Assembly: GCA_030704615.1 (NCBI GenBank)
Contig: CM060734.1
Coordinates: 6,882,001-6,946,000, forward strand
Direction of reading: 5' to 3'
DNA: 64,000 bases
DNA from: Takakia lepidozioides
Lineage: Eukaryota > Plantae > Bryophyta
The notes beneath the pieces were generated by a model. That model was not told the DNA's origin, did not search any database, and saw nothing but the letters and a program-made list of their open reading frames with translations. The translations under genes and the position numbers were made by a program. Numbering within the stretch: the stretch's first letter is position 1; every line of letters begins with the position of its first letter. Below, piece after piece: positions 40,032 through 52,199 of this stretch.

Positions 40032-40220
40032 GGGCTTCCTTCCATGCCTGCAAGTATACAGGAAGGCATTTTCTTGGGATGGAGGGGGGCAAGCAGCTTT
40101 ACACTCAGGTCATCGCACCACTGTCTGAGGGGTCATCGCATTCGACTCAGACTGAGAACATTGTGGTGGAGCAGGATCTGCAAGAGCCCGATGCTCTGGA
40201 TGTCGATTCCGATTTCTCAT
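40032..40220 (+). pseudogene. N6/N4 DNA methyltransferase, 3' exon (continuation after the CACTA insertion)
   Basis: After the ctgcag acceptor it reads in phase (R/G)ASFHACKYTGRHFLGMEGGKQLYTQVIAPL, matching the canonical GTTxxAAxxLGRxFIGxE motif I tail. Confidence 0.75.
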
Positions 40221-40847
40221 GTGAGTCAGTGCAAGTTGTGTGTGGCAGTTCAGGGAGCTGAGGGCACATCCTTCTTTATTCCTCTTCTGTTCGCAACTTT
40301 GGCCAGCATATTATTTGTCTTACATATTGGTATGTGTTTGCAAGAGTCCCAGGACACCACGGTTTCTGTCTTTCTTTGCCAACCCGGAATTTTACCCGAG
40401 TCCAATAGCATATTTTGTATTGCCATGCTATGCGGAGGCTGCAGCGGCCGAACTTAGTCTACTCTCATCTCCCCCTCCTGTGCTTTACGACAAAGATGGT
40501 TTTGTGCAGAGCAGGGGTAGTGTCTTCATAGATAGTTGTTCATTCGTTTTGGACACTGCCTCCTGTAGCAGTGGATATTCTTCGTCGGAATGAATCCACT
40601 GTTTTCAAACGATTTTTGTTAAAGCACAAAATTGCCTCTACACCTTCTTTGCAATTGGGTCTCAACATCTCTCTCGACCTTCTGTACCTGGTAAAAGGAC
40701 AACCCTAAACCCTCCTCACTTAGACAAGGCAATGTGCTCTCCTTTTCGGCAATGCAAAACATACAAAGTCTACTTTCATAGTTGATTTCCAAGGAAGTCT
40801 AGCAAGACCCTCCGGGGTTCACTGCCCAGCTCGGGGGATTTCGCAAC

Positions 40848-41731
40848 CACTACTAGAAATTCCTTTTTAATTTTCCTAGAATCCACAAAGTACATTCATC
40901 CAAGTGCCATTCATCCATGGATGACATTCATCCAACATTCATACATCGTTCATCCATAACGGGATTTTCGGTATGCATGTATACTGGCCACTATCCGCAG
41001 TAATAGGTCCTCTAGGCCAAACAGGTGTCCGCGGATATAGGTGAGCAGGTCTAGAACCGTGAGCAGAATTCTGCTCACACAATTTTTTGCTCACGGATTC
41101 TGCTCATGGTTAAGCAATCCCTGTCCCCAAGCCACCCCCCGTTTGCTATAAAATCAAAAATGAAAAACCCGATAGATGCGTCGTTTTTTTCAAGCAACCC
41201 CTTGGGAGTCGCTTTCAACTACAATCATGCGGGCAAAAGAAAAACAACAAAAACGTTGTTTTTTACGGCGACCCTTCCTAGTGTGATGCCAGAGCACTAA
41301 AAGCGACCCCCCCAGGGGTCGCTTTATAGCCGCCGCCGGCCGTCGCTTTTTGGCCTATGCATTAATATGAAATAATAATAGAAAAATAATTTAACTCACT
41401 TCTTAGCAGCGACGCCCCGAGAGTCGTTTTATCTTATTGATTTTCCGTCGTTTTTTTTACGCGATCCCCAGGGGATTAAGTATCCTAGGTTGGGGAGTAC
41501 TAACCAAGCGACCCCCCGGGCGCCGCTTCAGAGGGCATACCGGACGGCTGAGAAACAACCCCCAGGGGGTCGCTCGTAAGTCGCCGAAAAGCAACGACGT
41601 CATGATGACAACGGAGCAATGGCTTGTGAGTCGCTTTTAGGGAATTTGCCGTGGGGCGGTATGTTTTAGCCGTAAAACGATGGTAGGGGCATCATTTTCG
41701 CGTTGTTACTCCCCCCTTGAACGGTGTAGTG
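40848..41731. mobile_element. CACTA termini and subterminal repeat region (two unpaired ends)
   Basis: CACTAC at 40848 and GTAGTG ending at 41731, with many gcgacccc/ggggtcgc repeats at ~41130-41700. The TIRs and flanks (aac vs cct) do not match, so these are probably ends of different elements. Confidence 0.55.
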
Positions 41732-42805
41732 CCTGTGTGCAGCTGAAGCTCCAAGTTGGCCCGGCAGCCAGTGTGGGAGTTAGGCGCGCGCACCAAAGCG
41801 AGTATCTATGATAGGAAGGGGAGTTTACCGAGGTGAGGTGCGCGTCATGCAACAATTGTGGCACCTTCCAAACAACCACAAGATATCGACCCCCCTCCCA
41901 CTGTTACAAAGATTCATGGGATGCCAAAGGTACCATACATTTTGAGTTCTTCATTCCGTTCAACATTTGTTGTTTCTCTATGATCCTCGATCATTGTGAC
42001 ACAGGGCTGGCAGCGCAGTTGTCACCGGTGTGCATGGCAGAAATAAATATCAGTGTCACGATATTGTTGAAGGCATGTTCCGTGTTGAGGTGACTGAGAT
42101 CTATATTGCACATTGTCGCTGCTTATCCTAACAGAGGACCCACCACAAATAGAGTTGCTTTATGTCCTTGGTCTGAGTTGTCTTTGGCCATAGAAGTACA
42201 TGAAGAGGGCTTCTAGAGGTTTCTTTAGCTTGGACACATACATTTCTAACAATGAGGGAAGTGTAGGAAACTAGTTAGACGTTCTTAGCATGCATGCATA
42301 GACATCATGCAGATATATGCTCAGAAACTGATGGCTCGATTTTGTTGACACAAGGCATAGTGTTCCAGCACTTTGATCCATGGGATCCTCTTTTTTTGCG
42401 AAGTCAAGTTCTATTACTTGAATCTTCAAAACTATTCGGAAATGTTTAGATCTGACAGTAGGCGAATGTAGACCATTGGGGAATCTCCAGCATACCAACT
42501 AGGGGAATCACAAAGTAACCAGAGATACTATTTTCAATTTCGGGGCTTCGCGAGCAGGTTTTTCCTACATTCATCCACATTCATCCGCTCGAAAATATAG
42601 CAATTTAACCGTGGATTTCATCCGTCCGCATCCGAACTATGTCCGTCCACATCCATCCGTCCCGGAGCGCGGGATTGTGAAATGAACTCTTCCTCTCTGC
42701 GCCATCTCCCCTCGCCGCGATGCACGAGCTCGCTTCTCTCTCCTTCAGCCTCATCTTCGAAGCCTACGATTAGGTGTGCAACTTTCCTATGTTTCCAGGT
42801 TTAAT

Positions 42806-45800
42806 ATGAAGGGAATGAAATTGGATTCAGAAGAAATTACCCTGAGGATGGGAACAGCACCGGTCGCGCTGCCTCAAGATAAACAGATTGCTGGCCCTCC
42901 GAAATCTCCAATTGATCCTACTGTTTCAGAAAATCAAGTGCAGTGGATCTGCAATTTTTTTGAAAAGGTTAGACTTACTGAGAATCTCCTTGGTTTACGG
43001 ATTGCGAGGTGTAATTTGGCTGCAGATTGCAATCAATCTTAAACTCTAACATTCAGGTCCATTTTGTATCATGATAAGCGATAAACTGCTTCTTCGGTAT
43101 CTGTCTTGGGTAGCCATTGTACCTCAGTGTGCGAACCCTCATGTAGCAACTTTCTGCTTTAAATTGGAAGTAGCGACACGCAACGATTAACGGTGCAAAG
43201 AGTAGTAAGCTTGTTCTTAGTGTGGTTGCAGGTTCAACGGTCAGTGCAGGTAGACCATTTGACGTTACATCGGTTATTCCGGACTTTGCAAAGCTGGTCC
43301 CAATCACCAGCAATGAATGAGTTGCTTGACAGTGGTTTTGTTGCGACTCTGGCGACATTATACGATAGCTTGCTGCAAAAGGATTTCGGCAAGTCGGACG
43401 TTTTGACGTCTGTACTGAACCTCTTGTATTTAATTGAGGACATGACTGAGGCTCCAAAAGGTAATATGTTGTCTTCATCCTGCTCTTTGGCCCTGTCAAA
43501 GCAGACATGGAAAGTATGGCTGGAATGTACATGCTACAGTTCAGTACGTTTGGCTTTGTATCGATGCTAGAGTAGCTTACTTAGCGGTGAGTGGTGTTGC
43601 ACTTCTTATGTGCAATTTTCATGTAGAAGGTGTCCGACCAAATGCTGCAGTGTATCTAGCATATGAGTGACGGTTTTGTATTGGAGCTGCTATTGTGCAT
43701 ATTTTAGTGGTTTAGGATAGTCAACTATTTGAATCTAGTTTCATTGAAGGTTCGTCTTTATTGCATGCTCTCAGGCAAAGATCTGTGTGGAAAGTACTTT
43801 GTATCACGACTGTTGGTCATTGCACCTGCCAAAATGATGCCTGTGAGACTACAGCGCGCTGCAGTGGAGACTCTTTGTGCCCTCATTACGAAGTCTCCTG
43901 CAAATCAGCAGGCTGTCCTTGACAACTTGAGTGACTGGTATTAAATTTGTGACGATTCATTATGTTGTGTTTTGCAACCTGATTCACAAGATAAACTACA
44001 TAGCTGTGCTTCCTATTCAAGCCAAATTGAACTGATATCACTACTCAAACCTGGCATTTTACTTATGTGCATTTGAAGTACGGTAGCTGGTAGGCCAGTA
44101 GAAGCTTGTGAGCTTGCACTATACTAACCTGGATTGAAATTTGGCAGCTCAAAGCTTTTCAAGGTATTTCTACCGAAGTGCGGTGATTTTCAGCTGCAGG
44201 CCAGCATAACTGAAATATTCTATAGGCTGTCAAGAAGAGAACCTCAGGTTCTCAACCTGATAGAGGATGAAGTTGTCAAAGGCACGCTTTCCTCTCTGCA
44301 TCAAATGAAGACGCCAGATCTTCTGTCTGAGATACGAAACCTGGTTGTCATGCTAAATAAAAGTCTTGGCCCATTGAGAAGGTACATTGATGTTGCCGTT
44401 GTTGATCTTTGCCTGTCAATTGTAGAGGGCCTTTCCAAACAAGGGGAAGAGAAAAATACCAGGGTTTTGTCTCTCTGCTTGAATCTGTTGTGACAAGTAT
44501 TGTGTATGTCCTGGCAGTGTTTACTCGTTTTTATCGGAAGGTGTCATTATCAATGGCCGTAGTGTCGCATCAGCAGAAGAAAAGTGGGTTGACTTTGGAA
44601 AGACACACTTCAGCTTCTACGCAGTATCAACATCTGACAAAGAAAAAGTAAAGTCTTCTTCGATGTCCAGGGGACTCAGCACTTCATTTGTTTTTCCTTC
44701 ACATAGATAACTTCAGTTTCCACTGGAGTATGCTGTCATGACTTGTGTGGTCCGTAAATGACACATCATTGTTTTCCTCTCAGGATGACACTGATGCTCG
44801 AATGGTTGACATACTTTATGTGAGCATCATGTAAAGTCTTCTGTGATGTCCTGGGGACTCAGCACTTCATTCTTTCTGTGAACATTCATTGCAATGTATG
44901 CTCTCATTCCTTGTGTGGTCAATAAATAATGCACCATTGTTTTCGCCTCTCAGGATGACACTGATGCTCGAATGGTTGACATACTTTATGTCAACATCAT
45001 CAATATAAGGAGTAAGTCTTGCACCCACCACGGTTGCACTGATGTATGTCTTGGGGAATGGCAAGGAGGCATGTCTGTGAAGAGATTTGTGAGGCATGAG
45101 TGAGTAATAAGTTATCCCAAAGGTCTGGTTGTGATTTTTGTGTCAATTGGTCAGATGAATTGCAAGTGCAACTAGCAGATTACCACTGGCATGGCTTTTG
45201 TACTGCAGAGTCCTCTGACCTACATCTGGAGATTGATGTACAAGAGAAAAGAAGACAGCTGCTCTCCTTACAGGTGGAAAAGTCTACTGAATACTACTGA
45301 GTTTGCTCCTGCCGCTGTGTTGCTTCATCAGTTATCTATTTCACATATTGGGAGGTTGGCAATCATCTTTGCGGGATTAAAAACATTTCATTGGTTGCAG
45401 GATGAGAGCAGTTTGAGTCGGCAACTCCACATACAGCTTTCATTTGCTGCAGAGGGTAGGCAGAGCTTTACTTCTCTCTCCTTCCAAAACAAATTGTCAC
45501 TGCATATAAACGTGAGATTGCTGGTTAACATGTGAACAGAGTGATTCCGAGAAAGACATGTTGCATGCTGCATGTTTCAACATATTATGTTGCTAGACTG
45601 GACCAATATGTTCAAAAATTTTCCCCTTGGGGTGATTTCATTCAAAATCAAACTTATGGAACGTTTTGTGCTTCAGACTTATCTGCGATAGTGGCACACA
45701 TTATACCCAAAATACGTCCATATGAGGTAACTCACAATGAATTTCTATCAAGCAAGAGAATCCTGTATTAGGGATATTATCTGAGTGGTGTTACAATGTT

Positions 45801-48800
45801 GTACACATCCAGACAATTTGTCATGTCCCTCGTTGTAGTTACAATGAAATCAGTGTCCATTTGAAGCACACATTCCAATGACTGAGGTTGTCTAGTTTCT
45901 TGAGCTTACTGTCATTCCAACTTGCCTCAGTTCAAGTGTCCTAGCGGATGTGAACTTTGCAAGTCAATGAGTAAGTACATTATGTGATCATGGGGATATC
46001 CAGCCAAACTAGATAGGACTTCCTTTTTTTGATACAAAGACCCTCTGTATATAGTCTGCCTTCCACTGTCTAAGGAGTCCTAACACGGGTTTTGAGGATG
46101 TATAGGTGGGAGTTGAGCAATTGAGTCATAGCCGGTGGACAGGCTGCAGTTCTCATTCTGGACGTACTGTTTATAGAACTTCACAAGGGCTTCCAATCCC
46201 TTTAAAAACAAAGAAGAGCAGGTTGGAAACCTCATCAGTTGTGGACTTACATCATCCCATTCCCGGGGACTTGAAATTGGAGACTGTCTTAAGAAAGCAG
46301 GCTCATCAAAATATCACTACAGATGGTAAGGAAACAGTGGCAGGGACGATCCGGGTTGATAAGGGATCTTTGGATACACAATTAAGGAGTGCACCTGTAG
46401 CCGAATTTGTTACCAAGCAGGTGCTCACTGTGACTGACAGTGGGCACGATGCTGTCATTCCAAGAGTATGTCCAGTTACAATTTTCAGAAAGCCTGCTGA
46501 TAGGCCAAAGCTGCCAATGCATGAAAGAAATCCACTGGATGACAGGCAGACAGAGCTGCAACAAACACAGCAGCAAGATGAAGTGTTGGTGCATTTGCCA
46601 GATATAGCTGGCATCAAGCAGAGACATGCTGAGTGGCAGAGTTCGGCGACCCCTCACTGTGGCTCTGAGAGGCTCAAATTGAGAAATATGACTACGAAAA
46701 CTCTAGCTGACCCTGTCGGCATGCAGGGGCTTGTGGCGCCAAAAAGTCGGTCAATCTGTCCAGTTGGAATGAATGAACAAGTTCCGTCAGCGTTCGAACT
46801 ACAGCTGAACAGTGGTTATGGACTGCGGAAACCAAATGACGGGGATCCTTTCATAGAAATGCAGTCAGGGTTTTTGGAAAACCAGCAAGTAGAAATAGCT
46901 GTGCACTTGCCTGATAGGGATGGTGTCAAACAGAAAGCAGCAGTTCCTGAACATGACACTCCAGAGAAGGATGGGGCTGCGCGACATACAAAAAGCAGCT
47001 TAGCTGAGCCTGCTGCTGTGAAGGTGCCTGTTGTGCAAGAAAGTGGGCACAATTTGCACATTGCAAGTGCTTCAGGTTCAGAGGTCTCAAAGCAATCTGG
47101 TGCAGTTGTTGGTGTTATGAGAGAAGAAGCTGCTATCATGCCAGAAGGACTTCAGCGAAAACAGCAACATAAAGTAGGGTGCAAAATGCATCCTGCAACA
47201 ATATTGGAAGTTCAACCCAGAACTGGTTATGGACGGGAAAAACCAACTGAAGGAGATCCTCTGATGAAGGTGCAGTCAGGAGTTTTGCTAAATCAGCAAG
47301 CAGAAATGACAGTGGACCTTTCTGGTTATAATGGTGCCAAACAGAAAGAACAAGAAGTTGCTGAACAGGATATCCTAGATGATGATGATGAAATGATGTT
47401 ACTCCTAGAGAAAGCTGAAGCTGGACAACAGGCAAAGATGCCCTTGTCTGAGCCTACTGCTGTGAAGGGGACTGCTACGGGTAAAGAAGGGCGCAAGTCG
47501 CACATCGCAAATGAAGGACCTGTTGCTTCATGCTCAAAGGTGCCAAAGCAACCTGATGCAGTTGTTTCTGATATGCCAGAAAATATCAATAGCATGGGTG
47601 GTGGACTTCAGCAGATACATCAAGTGAATAGAGAATGCAAAATGCATGCTGCAAGTGGAGGGCCAGTTACTTCAGCTTTCAGGGGCCCAAAACAACCTGA
47701 TCCAGTTTTCACCGATAAGAAGGACGTATTCCATTTCATGTCTAAGGAAGGTCCTGTGGCCAAGGTTCTGTCATGCCATCAGCAAAAACAGCAAGCAGAA
47801 AGAGCCCGCAAATTGCATGTTGCAAGTGGAGGCCTAGGGCTGGTTACTTCAGCGTCAATGGTCTTACATGAATCTAATGCAGTTGTTGCTTATAAGCCAG
47901 ATGGGTTTGACTTCATGCCTGAAGAAGGTCCTGTGGGGAAGGTTCAGTCTGACCTTGGGCAGGAACAGGAAGTGGAATTTGTGGTACATCTGACAGATAA
48001 ACTCAGCATGGAAGACAATGTTGAAACACTTTTCCAAGACCCTGCACAGGAGGCCTTCACTACATGTGGAAGAGGTAAGGGAAAGGAAAAACCATATGAA
48101 GTTCATGATTGTGGAGCAAAATGTGGACAACTCAGCACAACAAGATATTCTAGAAAGCAGAGGCTAAAGAGAATTATTTGTGATCCAGTAGAGATGGACC
48201 ACCAACAGGCTGACTCAGGTCCTCATATTCAGGGTAAATTTGCACAGAGGCAAGTGACTCCTAACGTCACTGACCTTGCAGAAGGCCAGCAGACTGCTGC
48301 ACCTCAAGCTGAAGATCATAAGAAGAAAAGGCCAAAGTTTACTCTTGTATCTGACCCTATTGAGACGGATAGGGGGCAAACTCCGAGTCCAAGCATGGGT
48401 GCCAGTGTACTTGGCAAAAGAGCATCACGAAAACCTCAGGCAAAGACTCACAAACTGGCTGGTGCAAGGAAATTGCAGGATATGACTATTACCACTCGCC
48501 AAAGCCAGAGTGTGGCTTCTAAAGTCAACGTTTTGAGTCACAGATTGAAAACGAAAAGAGATCTTGGAGTTTTGGGCAGCAGTTCTGAGAGAGTATTTTG
48601 TTCTATGGATCCCGAGGATGGCCATACCTTTGAATCCTGCTTGGGAAGAGCCAAACAGGTAAGGAAGGTCAATATGCCATGCTGTCCTCCCTCCCCCAGG
48701 GACCTGGTTCACTTTACAGGTGTCAAAGATCAGCTAAATACAATAAACCTCCTGATCAATTCTCAAATAAGTGGAGAAGATGAAGATATCTTATATGAGG

Positions 48801-51454
48801 AGAATCTGGCGCAGGTTCGAGTATCCTTTCAAAGTCTGTTTATCCCTTGGCTGAGTATTATCTGCAAGCTCTGATCTACAACCTCCTTCTTTTCTGAAAT
48901 CTTGAAAGTAGTTGGAAAAATTCCACTGCTAAGGGTCAACAGGGTATCTGACTTGTCTTTGCAGCTTTCTCAGTTGTATGTCAAAAAGTTTCAGTTGCAG
49001 CATGTGTCCCTTGACTCCTCATAGCAGAAAAATAAGAGAATCGATGATGAAGAGGATAGTCAGGACAAATCTGTGCACGGTGATTCAGATTCTCTCTCCT
49101 CGGGTAGAAGACAGTTTGACATTCACAAACCTAGAGGTAGGGGGCTTTGCAAACATGATGGCGTCTTCTGTGACATGTTATCATGAAGTTCTGAGGTGTT
49201 AAATCTGACAGTGAGTTAGAAAAATCTGCACTGCTCTTAATTGCAATCTTTTCTTGACAATGAGAAACTTGCTCTGGCTGGAGTGCATTTATAGCCAAAG
49301 GCATTCTGATGCAGGCCTCCGGATGGGCGAAGGGTGTTTGAGAGTAGGTGGTTTATTGTTTTGACCAAACCTTCAACGCTAATGTCCTTGCCTTATGTTT
49401 ATGTGTTCTATGTGTGTAGGCATTGCAAGAAAACCACCACAAGCCTCTACAGTGCAGCGCTGGAGATCTTCCAAAATGTCACAGCTGAAGTCCACTAATT
49501 CTCCAGATAGTGGGGATGGCATTGCAGCTGTAGCTATCGACTTGCCAACTTTACATGGTAAGACTTAACAGCGACTAAGCATTGACCATGCCCAAATTCT
49601 TATTAGACCTCTAGCTTCAATGAGAATTGCAATTTATTCAGAAATCTAGTGATTATCCCAAAAGTAAAAGCTGCCAGCCTGAAATTTTGGTGTTTTGCAG
49701 GCATAAAGCCCAAATTGGTGGAGGTTGAATCTGAGGATGACAGTGGAGTTGGCAGGTGTGCAATGTGGTTACCCTCCTGAAGAATTTGGCTTTGATCCAG
49801 TTTTTGATGGAGGAGTAAAGGACTAGAATTGTGAATAATCTGCACTAGAATGTGGAAGATCACGGAGGGCTTGGAGTTGCCCCAGAGGATCAGCAAGCTC
49901 CACCTTTGTGCTAAACGAGGTCCAAGTAAAATGTTGCTTCCACTTCTGCAGGGCAGCTACAGTGGTGGTGAGCTTGCTGGATAGATTCAAGAAGAAAGTC
50001 GAGCTACAGAGTGAGAGGAAAATGGCACAAATTTTGAGCGTCACACTTGGCAAAGTTGAGCTTGAGGCAGAAGCATTTACTACTGAAGTTAAAAAAGAAC
50101 TGTGAGCTTCCTACCCCAAGCATTGCTATTGTATGTACCAGTTCATCCTTCCTTATCGTACGATATCAATGCATTCCAGGGTTCCTTGCACTTATTGTTG
50201 GTAACGTGGCATTCAAACAGTGATAATTTCACGAAGGACTGCAAAAGAAAGTTTGGATTTCTTGAGAACCAATTACAAGGTACCGCTTGAACGGAGCCCT
50301 CTCGCACCTTTCCAACCCCATTGATGTGTTCTAGATAGCTTTAATGTTGCATGTTGGATGCAAGGAATTAACATCATGTTCTGGACTCGAAGTTCAGCTG
50401 AGTGTTGGCAGTTGTGATTCTGGTTGTGTAATGAATTTGAAAATACTGTGTAGTCTTCATAATCTACACATTTCTACAGATTTCCAAAGCTCTATGCTTA
50501 TCCTACAAAGCTTCGTACCTTCAATTCCATCAGATAGTTTGAACTCCAAATTGTGATTAATCATCAACAATTGAATGGTATCCCTCCAGTTTGAAGTCAT
50601 ATATGACATTTCATGCCAGAGATGTTTTTGGCCAGAATTATGCTATCAAATGTAGTCCCATATTCAGAGTGATCTGTGTGATTGTGCAGATCGAAAGAGA
50701 AAGTTTCAAGTAATGCAGAAGAAGGTTGAAAAGGAATTCAATGAGCATCTACAACAGTATAATCAAGTTTGCTCGCAATTGAAAGATACCGAGATGGACC
50801 TAAAGCGCATTGCTGGCAAACAGAGTAAGCTTCATGCTTTGGATCTGTGGATAGGGACTTCGGGATTGAGCTCCAATTTCATGTCAATCCTTGTGCCAAG
50901 GATATTCAACTGAATAAGTGCCTAAAATATACAGGAATGGAGCAGAAGAAATTGTTTGCTCAACTGCAGGGGTCAAGTGAATGCCATCTTGCTGATGCTG
51001 ATAGGAAGCTATTTGATATGAAGAAGGTAAGATTGCAAGGCTCGTCATCCATGGTTGATAAGGCACTTGTAACGCAGGGAATAGTGCTGGGATGGGGATG
51101 AAGTGCACTTTCAAGTAAACCTATTTTTGAAGCTGATCCTTATTTTCCTGGATGATAGAGAAAAAATGTTTGTTCTCCAGGTTTCCAATTGGAATAGAAT
51201 AACCCTAGTCGATGCCTGAAAGCTACATTGGTAGGGCAAGGGAAGCCTGCAAGCTCTTGAATTCTATCCAACTTCATTCCAGGCATTGCCATGATACCTG
51301 TGCTGAGTACCCCAATACCATTGCCTGTTGGGTCTGATGTCGCAGTCTGCTCTCTTTTTAGATTCAATGGTTGTGGGTGCTGTTGATGCAGGCTGCCAAG
51401 CGGATGTATGGACTCCGCGATGTGCTTGAAGGTGTTGACTGGGATGTAGATTAG
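42806..51454 (+). CDS. ASY3: Meiotic chromosome axis core protein, ASY3/PAIR3-like (SYCP2/Red1 family), multi-exon
   Basis: The C-terminal exons (EDDSGVGRAATVVVSLLDRFKKKVELQSERKMAQILS..KRKFGFLENQLQ..FNEHLQQYNQVCSQLKDTEMDLKRIAGKQ..QKKLFAQLQ..HLADADRKL..AAKRMYGLRDVL) align by eye to the ASY3 coiled coil. The N-terminal exons resemble the SYCP2 armadillo-like and PH-like domains. One large exon at ~46144-48813. GT-AG introns. Exact exon set is approximate. Confidence 0.75.
44648..45000 (+). repeat. Tandem duplication of an intron plus exon start within the ASY3-like gene
   Basis: Units 44648-44830 and 44831-~45000 both begin gtaaagtcttc and contain ctctcag|GATGACACTGATGCTCGAATGGTTGACATACTTTATG. 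Confidence 0.85.
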
Positions 51455-52199
51455 AACGAGCCCAAATTGCAAATTCCTAGCATTTTGGGTATGCGAGGAT
51501 CTGATTGATTCATGTAGATTGGACTTGACCCATGTTCGCATATTCACTTCACTTTTTAGGAGGTTGCTAATTGCAAATGGCATACATGTGCCTTGTTACA
51601 AGAATTTGGAAATAAAGGACTCCATCCAAGATGACGTTATGACTTCCAGAGAGGCCTCCTAGTGTCTTGATTCTGGCTTTTTGCATCAAGTTTTCCTTTC
51701 GTGCAGGACAACCAGAGAGTGTTTTTCGTCCACTTGAGGACATATCTCAAGAATTGGAGCTTGCTAATATCCTTTTCCATCTGGTGGTTTTATGGTAGAC
51801 GATTGATTGTTTGAATTGATCGTCTAGGTAACATTTGATCCGGGCTGCCTTGAATTAGAGCCAAGACTGGTTTACTCGCAGAGCTGAAGCCTAGAGTACT
51901 TTCTTTATTGGCCCTGCCCTCAGGCAGACAATGGTATGAAACAGATTTGCACCTGTGATTGGGAAGCTCTTCCAGTAACTGTGGATCATAAACCTGAACA
52001 CTGTAGAGATCGCTGTATGGGAGGAACAGAAGCAGATTCTTTCATTCACGTAACTCCCCAATATATGCAGTGGCCCCACAACTTTGCTTTGACTGTTTAT
52101 GCCCCCCCCCCCCACTATCTGAAGTGGTATGCACCATGAATACTACTGCTATGTAACTCCAGTACGTCAGTACATCTCTTTGTCCTAGTGGGGGGTCAT

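Noticed and set aside
40848-41731. A single small CACTA element
   Set aside because: The TIRs diverge after CACTAC and the flanking trinucleotides (aac vs cct) are not a TSD.
41740-42500. Possible gene fragment upstream of the ASY3-like gene
   Set aside because: Only short ORFs with no recognisable motif.
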